From: a virus
Taxonomy: Duplodnaviria; Caudoviricetes
Reading direction: 5' to 3' (one strand)
Virus record (IMG/VR): IMGVR_UViG_3300008262_000055
Length of the DNA stretch: 64,000 bases
Shown: positions 36,901 to 46,250 of the stretch, one piece after another
Layout of the letters: each line of letters begins with the position of its first letter
How positions within the stretch are numbered: position 1 is the stretch's first letter
Notes under the pieces: model-generated
Told to the model about the DNA's origin: nothing
Seen by the model: only the letters and a program-made list of their open reading frames with translations
Databases searched by the model: none
Made by a program: the position numbers and the translations under genes

Positions 36901-39900
36901 TAAAATCGTTACTGACGATAGATTTATTACCGCCGTTGTGTAGATCTCCATCGATCTTACATCCCACACAGGCTGTACCAAATGTTGTTACGTTTTGTAC
37001 ATAACAAGATCTTGTGGTAATCCATACTCGTTGGTCATTAGGGCCCCAGCCTGGATCAAGACTTACGTAAGCACCGGCTGTTGGTCTATAAGTTCCATAT
37101 GCGTTAGGTCCAACTAATGTTCCTGTTAATCCCTGTACAGTCATATTTCTAACACCTGTACTGTTTCTAACCAAGAACATGTTTTCTGTTATAGAACCAG
37201 TCACGCCATTAACATACCATTCTGCTGATGTTAAAGTTCTATAATTACCAGTGTAGACTAAATCAAACTTGATAGCATCGATGTATTCGCCAACATCTCT
37301 AGCACAGGCAGCAAGACTGTAAGTGTAAGATGGGTAAGTTAACGCAATGTACGCATGAACTTCAGCAATAATAAATTGTCTATTCAATTCTAGTTGACGC
37401 ACCGCCGCATACACATTATAACTTGATGCTGCAGCATTTGAGCCAGCCATTGTAGGAGCACTACCTACTGCGTTTAGATAAAAATCAACATGATCATAGG
37501 CATTTTGAACTAGTGTTTCAACTAGCGTGCCTTCTGTAGCAGTTGCGAAAGGCTTAGTTTGACTCTGTGTTTCAGTATTTGGATTTGTACCAGTTGTTGT
37601 TTTTGTTACAGTTGTACCTTCTACAATATCAGCAATAATAGCTTTAATTCGTGTAAGAGCATCTAAACTCTTAGGAACATCAGTAGCATCAATCTGACTA
37701 GCAGCAGGTCTAATGTTAGTAGAACGTAGTTCGTCGCCTACTACCGCAGTGTCTACAGGAACAATAATAGGTAGCGTTTCATAGAATACACCAGTCTTAA
37801 CTAGTATAGTTCTTTGAGGTTTGACTTCTGCTCCCACACTTCCTAATGTACCGCTAGAAATTGCTGTAGTAATTAGTGTTTTTAGATTAGCGATTTCTGT
37901 AAATGAAGAATCTTCAGCTACATAATCAGTGTCAATAATCTGTAAAATTCTATCATTAACAGGAACACTGTTAGTAACTTGATAATTTGTTCCAGGTGCT
38001 GTGTTGAGTAATACACAGGTGTTAACTAAAGTATTGACAGCATAGTTTATGGCTGCTACTGTTTCTTCTTTTTGTCCTAGGCCGTAGAAAGTTGAAGCAT
38101 TTGTAACATATTCAACCGCAGCCTGTCTAGATCTTACGTTTCCGCCGTGACGGATATCCCATAACAATGCGTCAATGATTAAACCTACATCACGCTCGCA
38201 CTTGGTTGTATCATAAGAAAAACTAGATACAAACGGTGAAATGTTGTTTGTGATTTGATAGTTAATCCACTGTACAGTTTCCCTCTGTACAAACTGTCTA
38301 TTAATTTCTAATATAAAAGCAGCTTCAGGATTTCGTGTCCCTTTTTCAATTTGATCAGCTGCGTATCTTACAGTTCTCCATGGTTTATCTAGTGTGATAC
38401 CGTATGTCGGTGCCACTTCATCAGTTCCGTCAAGACTTACATAATACAACTGATCAACTTCGCCCCAATATTTCCACTCGGGTGCTGCGGCACTATTGAC
38501 AACTAGAACTTGTCCATCTGAACCAATAGGTAATCTAGTTGGTCCAGCACCGCCGTAATAAACAAGATCGCCCTGTGTAGTTAATACCGACGATTCTTGA
38601 CCGTTGGCTAATAGATTCCAGTATGTTCCTGAAATGTCTACGTCTGGTCTGTTTGTTGCTGTAGCAGATGTGTGTGCTAATACACAGATATAACTGTTAG
38701 GTCCATAACGAACAGCATCACCTAGTACGTAACCATAACCGTTAGCCCATGTTCCTAACCAACGAATGCCCGGATTTAATTGTTCCCAATAGGTTAGATT
38801 AGGTGGTTTCTGATTGTTATTATCTTCTATAGCAACATAGGTGTAACCGCTGAGTCTTACTACGTCTCCAACTTTATAGTTGGTAGAACCTGACCAGTCC
38901 TGTTGAAATTTAAATGCTGTGGTAAACAGATCCCAATTCTGAGCACCTGTGACTGCCTCTGTTGGTTTGATATTACTATGGTTAGTGACTGCTACATACG
39001 CATATCCACCATAGGTAACAATGTCACCAGGCTGATAAACACTTGACGAATTCCAACTGTTTTCAAATTGTAATCCTTCTAGGAATTGTGCCCAGTAACC
39101 CGAATCTTCATCTTGTTCAAATGTTCTTGATACACTAGAAGTATGTTTTTGTAAACAGATGTAGACACCGTTACCAGTCTTAACAAGATCGTTTACTTTA
39201 TAATTTTGATCTACAGGATCCCACGCACCTAAGTATTCAACACCTTGGTTGAAATAATCCCACTTGCTTTGATCTGCTTCAAGACCCAGTGTAAAGGTTG
39301 CTGCGGCAGGGTGTCCTTCATTACATACATACGTAGTTCCGCCAAAAGAAACTACATCATTAATTTTATATCGAGTTGACGGAGCCCAAGGACCTTTCCA
39401 GTCAAACGCTTCTGAGAACTGATCCCATTTATTAATATCTGCCTTTTGACCTGCGGTTAGTCTATCTAAACCTTCAAGTCCCATTGCGGCAGTTGGAGCA
39501 GATATGTGGCCTAGATTACAGAGATATGTGTTGCCGCCGTACTTGACAATATCGTTAAGTCTATATCTGGTGTCAGTGGTCCAGTCACCTCGCCATTCAA
39601 ATCCCTCAGCAAACTGATCCCATTTAGACTGTGTACTATCGCCCAAGTCAAGGTCTACTTCAAGGCCATCGCTGGCGTTAGCAGCAGATGTATGACCTAC
39701 CAAACAGATGTATAGCTGTCCGCCGTATTTGACTATGTCGTTGACAAAGTATTCTGTGTCGACCGTCCAGTCACCTCTCCATGCTTGTCCATCGCTGGCT
39801 TGATTCCAACGTGCTGGGAAGTTATCCGCATCTACATAGAAATTTGAATCAGCTGTATGCCCAATTACGCAGATGTAAACTTTACCGTTTACTCGAACTA

Positions 39901-39982
39901 CGTCATCTTTAAGGTAAGAGGTACCCGCAGCCCATTCGCCTTTCCATATAAATCTAATTCTACCTAATTTAAACTCTGCCAT
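33962..39982 (-). CDS. Giant tail fibre/spike, 2006 aa
   Basis: Eight N-terminal CBM5/12-like W.G.W...Y...D.V..GG..Y.C...H repeats, beta-helix-like core, two CxRD repeats, Asp-box (YS.DG.TW) repeats; TAAATA at 40007-40012. Confidence 0.85.
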   Translation of the reverse strand: MAEFKLGRIRFIWKGEWAAGTSYLKDDVVRVNGKVYICVIGHTADSNFYVDADNFPARWNQASDGQAWRGDWTVDTEYFVNDIVKYGGQLYICLVGHTSAANASDGLEVDLDLGDSTQSKWDQFAEGFEWRGDWTTDTRYRLNDIVKYGGNTYLCNLGHISAPTAAMGLEGLDRLTAGQKADINKWDQFSEAFDWKGPWAPSTRYKINDVVSFGGTTYVCNEGHPAAATFTLGLEADQSKWDYFNQGVEYLGAWDPVDQNYKVNDLVKTGNGVYICLQKHTSSVSRTFEQDEDSGYWAQFLEGLQFENSWNSSSVYQPGDIVTYGGYAYVAVTNHSNIKPTEAVTGAQNWDLFTTAFKFQQDWSGSTNYKVGDVVRLSGYTYVAIEDNNNQKPPNLTYWEQLNPGIRWLGTWANGYGYVLGDAVRYGPNSYICVLAHTSATATNRPDVDISGTYWNLLANGQESSVLTTQGDLVYYGGAGPTRLPIGSDGQVLVVNSAAAPEWKYWGEVDQLYYVSLDGTDEVAPTYGITLDKPWRTVRYAADQIEKGTRNPEAAFILEINRQFVQRETVQWINYQITNNISPFVSSFSYDTTKCERDVGLIIDALLWDIRHGGNVRSRQAAVEYVTNASTFYGLGQKEETVAAINYAVNTLVNTCVLLNTAPGTNYQVTNSVPVNDRILQIIDTDYVAEDSSFTEIANLKTLITTAISSGTLGSVGAEVKPQRTILVKTGVFYETLPIIVPVDTAVVGDELRSTNIRPAASQIDATDVPKSLDALTRIKAIIADIVEGTTVTKTTTGTNPNTETQSQTKPFATATEGTLVETLVQNAYDHVDFYLNAVGSAPTMAGSNAAASSYNVYAAVRQLELNRQFIIAEVHAYIALTYPSYTYSLAACARDVGEYIDAIKFDLVYTGNYRTLTSAEWYVNGVTGSITENMFLVRNSTGVRNMTVQGLTGTLVGPNAYGTYRPTAGAYVSLDPGWGPNDQRVWITTRSCYVQNVTTFGTACVGCKIDGDLHNGGNKSIVSNDFTQVISDGIGVWCTNLGRTELVSVFGYYGHIGYLAEDGGKIRATNGNSSYGTYGCVAEGVDATETAITGIVNNRYEEALITKVLTNGQQVLRVEYQNAGIDYTSGTFTFNGPGTSFTTVGNETRDGGIFEVRLLDNDDSSGQFGGLDYLSSENVAQSGTTSSITLAATDDQTSSAYIGMRIYIQSGTGVGQYGYINTYNAGSKLAGVYRESTGTSGWDHVVPGTAIVAPDPSSLYIIEPRVTVAAPTESSPSVSGGSVVGQSDAVYANVRQTFTNVSASGGAGTGATFNITRNGETYTVTLNQAGQNYVNNNLLTILGTSLGGTTPANDLRIRIETVDSTPGLVVGEILTFSYEGKGRGGNFVILLANGGVSTNTAYYSTNGTTWQTSTLPSINIWTAIASGDIGGVSYVVALGNAATGAAYSTDGGVTWNSATIPQISDVTSVAFGGGRFVAVRADSATPLVSTNGTTWANGANNLPTRTNWPSITYGKGRFFAVSTAGAPGSVTSAYSLDGITWTSAALTGLADWSSIAYGNNVFVAVSSTGSNIAVSNDGTSWTGVLNTITVGKVGYGQGTFVATGSASSTAHWKSQDGRTWTQGTAAYTTTGRPIFGNPNGSPLWIIPQSTVAGPAALVTGTRAYVRARVADTKIVEFRVIEPGSGYSSVTPPALTVTDPNNTYEAPHTVRVGNGVLANPTFITRGADWEVATGSVVGDGYADIFQNGSYVDVKGLYSIPVPGSNVEFNSLPGQFYKLVTVTQLLGTGPYTARLQVSPPIEIPEAVPHEDPFEIRIRYSQVRLTGHDFLDIGTGNFTSTNYPGLPLIDPIPTNETVESNGGRVFYTSTDQDGNFRVGGLFTVEQSTGTATLNADAFNIAGLQELSLGSVELGTGGATITEFSTDPFFTQDSDSVIPTQRAVKAYIASQIGSGSSTLNVNTLTAGQIFVANDYITTTTGGRINVLAPMNFIGGINGVPVAMNLFLHS

Positions 39983-40024
39983 CGATTACTCCGATCTTCG
40001 ATACCATATTTATCTAATATGTTT

Positions 40025-43000
40025 TTAACCTAAATCCCTACCAACTTCTTGCCCGTCTAAGTTGCTGTTAAAAGCGTCTGAAAACATGCTCATAGCCAGC
40101 ATCATACCCGAAGCCCCTTTTCTCATATTCATATTTCTTGGTAGATTTACGTAGGTATTTGTAGTACTACCAATATTATTTGGTCCACCTATTCTAACAG
40201 TACCAGCAATTAATGTACCTGTAGCTGCTTCTGAACCTCCACCAGAAATACGTCTTTCAATATAGGCTTTAATAGCCCTTTGTGTAGGAACAACATTATT
40301 TGAATCAGCAGCAAATGTAACATCTGTTGAAAATTCACGTATAACTACGCCCGTACCACCTACACGAATCCCGCCTAATCTTAGTTCTGACAGTCCGCCT
40401 AAGTCAAAATAGTCAGCACTAATTGTAACTACACCAGTGGCTTGCTCAACAGCAAACAGCTCTCCAACTCGGAAGTTACCGTCCTGGTCTGTTGATGTGT
40501 AGAACACACGACCACCGCCCCTGTAATAAACTTCATTTTCGGGTGCTAGATTTATAAGATTAGTAGTGGGATAATTTGTTTGGGTAAAATTACCTGTTCC
40601 TATCTCTAAGAAATCGTGACCTGTTAGTCGAACCTGACTGTATTTTTCACGTATTTCTACTGGTGAATCATGTACAGGTGTTGTAGTTCTGTTGAAATCT
40701 GGACCTACCCTAATTGCTAATCTGTAGTTACCAAATGAACCACTTAATACCTGTACTGTTAATACTCTATAGACTCTGTTATCTGTACCATCAGATGCTA
40801 CCGCAGCATCATTGTCAGCTAACACTAGATATTTGTTTAATCCTGCTACCGCGGCACTTGGATTAGTTAATGGATATTCTCTTTCTAACCACGATAATCC
40901 CAATCTAGAAGAATAAGCTGTTGAACCGGTTCCAGAAAATAGAACAAACTTTCTATTAGCAAATATTATATGAGCCCAGTCGTCAGTAGATGGAGCTGCT
41001 GCGGCATCCCAAGTATTGCCATCGTCTTCTGACAACGCTATTTGATTACTGTTTCTAGCAATTAATATTATATGATTATTACCGTAGGCAAGATCTGACC
41101 ATTCTGCTGTGCCGGTTATAGTTCTTAGCAACCAGGTTTGACCGTCTACGGAAATAGCTACCTTATCATTGTTTGTAGAAATTGCTATAAAATTGTTAGC
41201 ACCGTGTTTAACTTTGATCCATTGAGCACTAACTGGTAACGATGCTGTTTGCCATGTTACTCCGTCATCGTCGGAATACAACGTACTGGTTGAACCGTTG
41301 GAAATAACTACCCATTTTCCATTTAGATAATCAACTGATGACCAATTAGCATTAGGTACTGTTATTGTAGTCCAGCTAATTCCGTTGGTGCTTCTTGCGA
41401 ATACTGTGCCATAAGCTACTGCTATGTACACACCGTTACCAAATTTTATGTCACGCCAGTCTCTTTGTTGAGAAATTGTAGTGCTAGTCCACCCTTCTCC
41501 GTTAGCTGAATATACTATTTGAGCTAATCCTTCGCTTTGGTAAGTAATTCCTACAAATTTATCAGTACCAGCAGTAACTCCGGCCCATGGTCCCGACACC
41601 GGCAGTACTGATGGTAGCCAATTAATGGTATTAATTTCAAAGTTAGCACCAGTTCTAACTATTCTTGGCATGCCATCAACAATTATATTGCCACCTAATT
41701 CGTAAACATCAGCGTATCCGTCGCCGGATACTGTTACTCTGGTTGTTGATGTCTTGTATCCAACACCTCGGTTAAGGAATGTAGGGTTAGCTAATACTCC
41801 ATTTCCTATCCTAAATTCGTATTCAGGATTTGATGTTGATACAGGATCGCTAAGAGTAAACACCGGTTGAGCATTATAACCGCTACCGGGTTCCCATATT
41901 TTTATTGACTGTATTCTTCCGCCTGTTATAACAGGTCTGCCTCTAAATGTTGCCCCATATTGAAATGTGTCAACAGTCCCAGAATCTTCGGATAGTAGTA
42001 CCCATCTTCCTCTATCAGCAGTGTCTGGGACAAATGCTAGGGCATGTCTATTAAGACTGCCGCTGTCTAATTGTTTTAATTCCCAAGAAAATCCTCCGCT
42101 ATCAGATACTGCCGCATACTGTGTAGAGGAAGAACTGATCGCAACAAATAATCCTTGATCGTAGCTGATTCTACGCCATGCTGTGTCAAACGGCAACACT
42201 GATAGATACCAAGTAAGCCCATCAAAGCTGTAAGCTACCGCATTGCTATTTGAGGATATTGCTACAAAGCGATTGTTTCCATAGCACATATCAGTCCACT
42301 GCGGTTGTGTTGAATCGCCAAACGCAGGGATATCTGAACCTGCCGTCCATGTTACTCCCGAATCGGTGCTAACTGCTGTTTTACCATTAGTTGAAATTAT
42401 AACAAATTTGTTTTTACCATGAGCTACAGCTCTCCACGGTGCTGATGTTGGTGTCGAGCTTAATGTCCATGAAGATGTATTTACTATTACCGATGTTGTT
42501 AAGGTTGGTGCGGTAGCTACAAACGTTCCGTTACCGCCTGCAATATTAGTACAATTAGAAAATCCAAGAGCAGTACCCACATCGGCTACACTAAAGGTAA
42601 ATGATCCAGAGATCCATGTTGCTACCATAGTAGAAGTTTGACTAGTTACTGCTGCTATACGAGATCCGTCCCAGGCCACTGAGGTATAAAGTTGAGCATT
42701 GTTAGCAGAACTAGCTACAGATAGATTAGTTTCGTCATTGCCTATATAGATAGCTCCTACACTACCGTCTGCTGGTCTTCCTGCGGCAACAAACCTATCT
42801 ATCTCTTTGATTCTTTTTGTAACTATATCGTAAGAACCAATTGTTCCATATTGACCTGTACCGGTTCCGCTGGTGATAATTATTCTAGCACCAATATAAT
42901 CAGCTGAGAATCTTTCGTCGTTTGAGGCAATAGTAATACCGGTAGTATCGCCGCCTTGAGCATTGTTACCGGTAGACTGGAATCCGCCACCGCCTAAAAA

Positions 43001-45532
43001 TCCCCCTTCTTCAGGATCTAGTAATCTCCACTCGAATATTCCACCATCTCTAAACTCGTCTACAATCACAGACGCCCCAGCACCCGATCCTAAGAAACTC
43101 ATTGTTGCTGAAGTGTAATGTTCGCCCGCATTGCTGAACTCTAAATTTAAAATTTCGTCGTTGGCTTCTCCGGAGAATGCTGAGACTACTATTGCTTCGC
43201 CTGTTCGGTTATTAACAGAACCTTCTGCTGGGGTTTCTGTTTCGTCTACACCTTCTGCTACACAGCCGTATGTTCCGTATGAGCTGTTACCATTGGTAGC
43301 ACGTATTTTGCCCCCGTTTTCCGCTAGGTATCCCATGTGTCCATAGTACGAGAACACAGAAACTAATTCAGATAAACCGTTATTGGTAACCCATGCTCCA
43401 ATACCGTCTGATAAGATCTGCGTAAAATCGTTAGCAACGATAGATTTGTTACCGCCTCCATGTAATGCTCCATCTACTTTTAATCCGGTACATCCGTTGC
43501 CAAATGTAGTTACGTTTTGAACATAGCAGGATTTTGTGGTAATCCATACAGAGCTGTCAGCGGTTCCAGATCCTGGATCCAAACTAACATAAGCACCAGC
43601 AGTTGGTCTTCTGGTACCATACTGATTGATACTGCTGAGAGTTCCGTTGAGACCTCGTAACGTCATATTTCTAATGCCCGATCCATTGTTTACGTAGAAC
43701 ATGTCTGACAATCTATAGTCTAAAGGATCAGGATATGGATCACCATCAACATCGTATGAAATATTATTAGGATCGTATAGCGGTTCTATGATTGTGCTTC
43801 TAAGTTCTTCTCCAACAATAGCAACATCTCTAGGAACTTTAATTGGTAAAATTTCTGAATAGACGCCCGATTTGACAAAAATTGTAGCTGGGCCCACGGC
43901 AAAATTACAGGCATATCTCACAGTTCTAAAAGCACTGTTTAAACTAGTACCATTGTCTGGAAGGTCAGCACCTTCTCTGCTAACATAATAAACTTTTTGT
44001 ATCTGACCAAATGTTTCCCAAGAAGGAGCATTGTCAACTACTTTTAGAGTTTGTCCTGCAACTCCTATAGGCAGTCTTGACTGACCTATAGTACTGCCGT
44101 CTTCGGTTTCGTCATATACTTTAATGTCGCCTTGATATCTTAAACTGTTAGTAGGCTCACCTCTAATCAATAAAGCCCATAGATTACTATCATAGTCGTT
44201 GTCAGGACGCTGATTAATATTTGAGGCTAAATGTTTTACTAGACATCTGTAAGTGTTATCCTCAAATACAACAATATCACCAATGGCATAAGTTTCATCA
44301 ATTTCCCATTCTTTTCTATATTTTTCTCCAGGAATTACTAATTCCCAAGCAATTGCGTCGATATTAGGATCTGTTATGTTGTCATCAATAGCAGCATAGA
44401 ATTGTCCGTTACGTCTAACCACTTCGCCTACAAAATAAGCTGTATTATTAATCCATTCTCCCGCTACTCTAAAACCAATGTTTAACAGTTTCCAGAATGC
44501 TATAGAGCTGTCATCGTTTTGTGCTGCTGAAGTAGCAGGATTTTGCCCAGTGTTATTATTAAGGGCTTCGTATGAATATCCGCCATATCTAACAACGTCG
44601 CCGCGTTGATATACAGTATTAGAATCCCAATCATTTTCAAATTCAAAACCGGGAATATATACCTGCCACTTGGTTAAATCAAATTCGTCAGTGCTGGTAT
44701 GATAATCCACACAGATCCATACATTTCCGCCAAACTTAACCACATCGTTGAGTTTATATCTAACGCCAGGGGTCACTGGGTCTACTATAGCAGGCACCCA
44801 ATTGCCTTTGTATTCTATGTTTTTATAAACAATTTCCCAGTCTGCTTGATTAGATTCTAGTCCGTCTGCTGCTGTTAACGCAGATGTGTGACCGTCTATA
44901 CATCTATAAACTATACCGCCGTATTTGACAATGTCATTTTTTCTATAGCGTCGATTAGTAGTCCACGCCTGTCTCCACTGTTGTGCTGGATTAACTATTT
45001 CCCAATTGGCAAAATTGCCTTCAAGACCTGTGGTTATATCGCTGGAAATATTTCTAGCTGTACATCTATATACAATGCCGTTATATTTTACAACGTCTCT
45101 TACAGAATAAGTAGTTGACGGTTGCCAATCTCCTTTCCAATCATCTGATCTAGCATAAGATACCCAATGACTTTGATCGCCTTCTAGTCCAATAGCTGCT
45201 GTGTTAGATGTGTGTGAGCTAATACAGACATAAGAAATACTTTTATATTTGACAATATCGCCCACGTTATAGGTTGTAAATGGTGTCCAATCTCCACGCC
45301 ATTCGTATCCGTCAAACATTAATTCCCAACGCGGTTCGTTGGAGGCAGGAATAGTTTCTTGATTTATAAAATTTAAATCAACATAAAAACTTTGAGTAGA
45401 TGATGTATGTCTTTTGATACAAACGTAACTCTTACCACCAAATCTAACAACATCGTCAACGATGTAATTTAAACTTGGTTGCCAGTCACCTTTCCAGGTA
45501 AACTTTAATCTACTGATCTTATATTCTGCCAT
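40025..45532 (-). CDS. Giant tail fibre/spike, 1835 aa (paralogue of 33962..39982)
   Basis: Eight CBM-like repeats, shared core (GGNKSIV.NDFTQ..SDGIG.W; STDQDGNFRVG), two Asp-box propeller regions. Confidence 0.85.
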   Translation of the reverse strand: MAEYKISRLKFTWKGDWQPSLNYIVDDVVRFGGKSYVCIKRHTSSTQSFYVDLNFINQETIPASNEPRWELMFDGYEWRGDWTPFTTYNVGDIVKYKSISYVCISSHTSNTAAIGLEGDQSHWVSYARSDDWKGDWQPSTTYSVRDVVKYNGIVYRCTARNISSDITTGLEGNFANWEIVNPAQQWRQAWTTNRRYRKNDIVKYGGIVYRCIDGHTSALTAADGLESNQADWEIVYKNIEYKGNWVPAIVDPVTPGVRYKLNDVVKFGGNVWICVDYHTSTDEFDLTKWQVYIPGFEFENDWDSNTVYQRGDVVRYGGYSYEALNNNTGQNPATSAAQNDDSSIAFWKLLNIGFRVAGEWINNTAYFVGEVVRRNGQFYAAIDDNITDPNIDAIAWELVIPGEKYRKEWEIDETYAIGDIVVFEDNTYRCLVKHLASNINQRPDNDYDSNLWALLIRGEPTNSLRYQGDIKVYDETEDGSTIGQSRLPIGVAGQTLKVVDNAPSWETFGQIQKVYYVSREGADLPDNGTSLNSAFRTVRYACNFAVGPATIFVKSGVYSEILPIKVPRDVAIVGEELRSTIIEPLYDPNNISYDVDGDPYPDPLDYRLSDMFYVNNGSGIRNMTLRGLNGTLSSINQYGTRRPTAGAYVSLDPGSGTADSSVWITTKSCYVQNVTTFGNGCTGLKVDGALHGGGNKSIVANDFTQILSDGIGAWVTNNGLSELVSVFSYYGHMGYLAENGGKIRATNGNSSYGTYGCVAEGVDETETPAEGSVNNRTGEAIVVSAFSGEANDEILNLEFSNAGEHYTSATMSFLGSGAGASVIVDEFRDGGIFEWRLLDPEEGGFLGGGGFQSTGNNAQGGDTTGITIASNDERFSADYIGARIIITSGTGTGQYGTIGSYDIVTKRIKEIDRFVAAGRPADGSVGAIYIGNDETNLSVASSANNAQLYTSVAWDGSRIAAVTSQTSTMVATWISGSFTFSVADVGTALGFSNCTNIAGGNGTFVATAPTLTTSVIVNTSSWTLSSTPTSAPWRAVAHGKNKFVIISTNGKTAVSTDSGVTWTAGSDIPAFGDSTQPQWTDMCYGNNRFVAISSNSNAVAYSFDGLTWYLSVLPFDTAWRRISYDQGLFVAISSSSTQYAAVSDSGGFSWELKQLDSGSLNRHALAFVPDTADRGRWVLLSEDSGTVDTFQYGATFRGRPVITGGRIQSIKIWEPGSGYNAQPVFTLSDPVSTSNPEYEFRIGNGVLANPTFLNRGVGYKTSTTRVTVSGDGYADVYELGGNIIVDGMPRIVRTGANFEINTINWLPSVLPVSGPWAGVTAGTDKFVGITYQSEGLAQIVYSANGEGWTSTTISQQRDWRDIKFGNGVYIAVAYGTVFARSTNGISWTTITVPNANWSSVDYLNGKWVVISNGSTSTLYSDDDGVTWQTASLPVSAQWIKVKHGANNFIAISTNNDKVAISVDGQTWLLRTITGTAEWSDLAYGNNHIILIARNSNQIALSEDDGNTWDAAAAPSTDDWAHIIFANRKFVLFSGTGSTAYSSRLGLSWLEREYPLTNPSAAVAGLNKYLVLADNDAAVASDGTDNRVYRVLTVQVLSGSFGNYRLAIRVGPDFNRTTTPVHDSPVEIREKYSQVRLTGHDFLEIGTGNFTQTNYPTTNLINLAPENEVYYRGGGRVFYTSTDQDGNFRVGELFAVEQATGVVTISADYFDLGGLSELRLGGIRVGGTGVVIREFSTDVTFAADSNNVVPTQRAIKAYIERRISGGGSEAATGTLIAGTVRIGGPNNIGSTTNTYVNLPRNMNMRKGASGMMLAMSMFSDAFNSNLDGQEVGRDLG

Positions 45533-45542
45533 AATTTATCTC

Positions 45543-45902
45543 TTAAATTCCTGTAGGATACTGGTACTCTTCACTGATCCTTACTACTAGTTGTCCGTCA
45601 TCGTCGATATAATAAAACAAATTTCTGTTGTCCCATCGATATTGTTGATAGGTAAGATTTCTATATACTATGTCGTGGTTTACATCAATGCCTTCAAAGA
45701 AATCTGTACCTACTTCAAAGTCATTATAGTTGTCTTCTGGTATACCGGGATGATTAATTTCAATAACATCGTCGGCATCTAACTGGTCTAGTCTTCCTAG
45801 ATATAACTCTCCATCTGCGGTTCTTCGTAGACCATAGAAAAATCTAGGAACACCTACCCCTAAAATTCCTTCTACGTTAAAATCACCTATATAATATGTC
45901 AT
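45543..45902 (-). CDS. Hypothetical virion-module protein (start revised to 45902)
   Basis: AAGGA RBS before MTYYIG; in operon. Confidence 0.7.
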   Translation of the reverse strand: MTYYIGDFNVEGILGVGVPRFFYGLRRTADGELYLGRLDQLDADDVIEINHPGIPEDNYNDFEVGTDFFEGIDVNHDIVYRNLTYQQYRWDNRNLFYYIDDDGQLVVRISEEYQYPTGI

Positions 45903-45912
45903 CTCTATTTCC

Positions 45913-46242
45913 TTATACGATCTCAACGTAGCTTACAATTACATCTGCGGCATTTTCTCTGTCTGCGGACGCTGCTAAAAGATTATTTTCAGCCATTACT
46001 AGTTTTTCACCGCCATTAATCACTCGTAAACTTTGATTAGCTGGTATAGTAACGTCTTTGATAAAATATCCTGTAGTTGATGTGTTGTCGGTTAGAGTGA
46101 TGCTGACTTTAATAACAGCACTGGTTAAGTTAGTTACACTTAGACCAATTACTGTAACTCGACTAGCCGCAGTGGTTTCTACCATATGCGTAGATAAGGT
46201 ACTTAAATCTTTAATTACTTTGTTTCTAAAAAACGTTGCCAT
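45913..46242 (-). CDS. Small beta-sandwich virion protein, family member B
   Basis: MATFFRNK...VTVIGLSVTN...IKDVTIPANQSL...KLVM...ADVIVSYVEI. Confidence 0.7.
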   Translation of the reverse strand: MATFFRNKVIKDLSTLSTHMVETTAASRVTVIGLSVTNLTSAVIKVSITLTDNTSTTGYFIKDVTIPANQSLRVINGGEKLVMAENNLLAASADRENAADVIVSYVEIV

Positions 46243-46250
46243 TCAATTGA

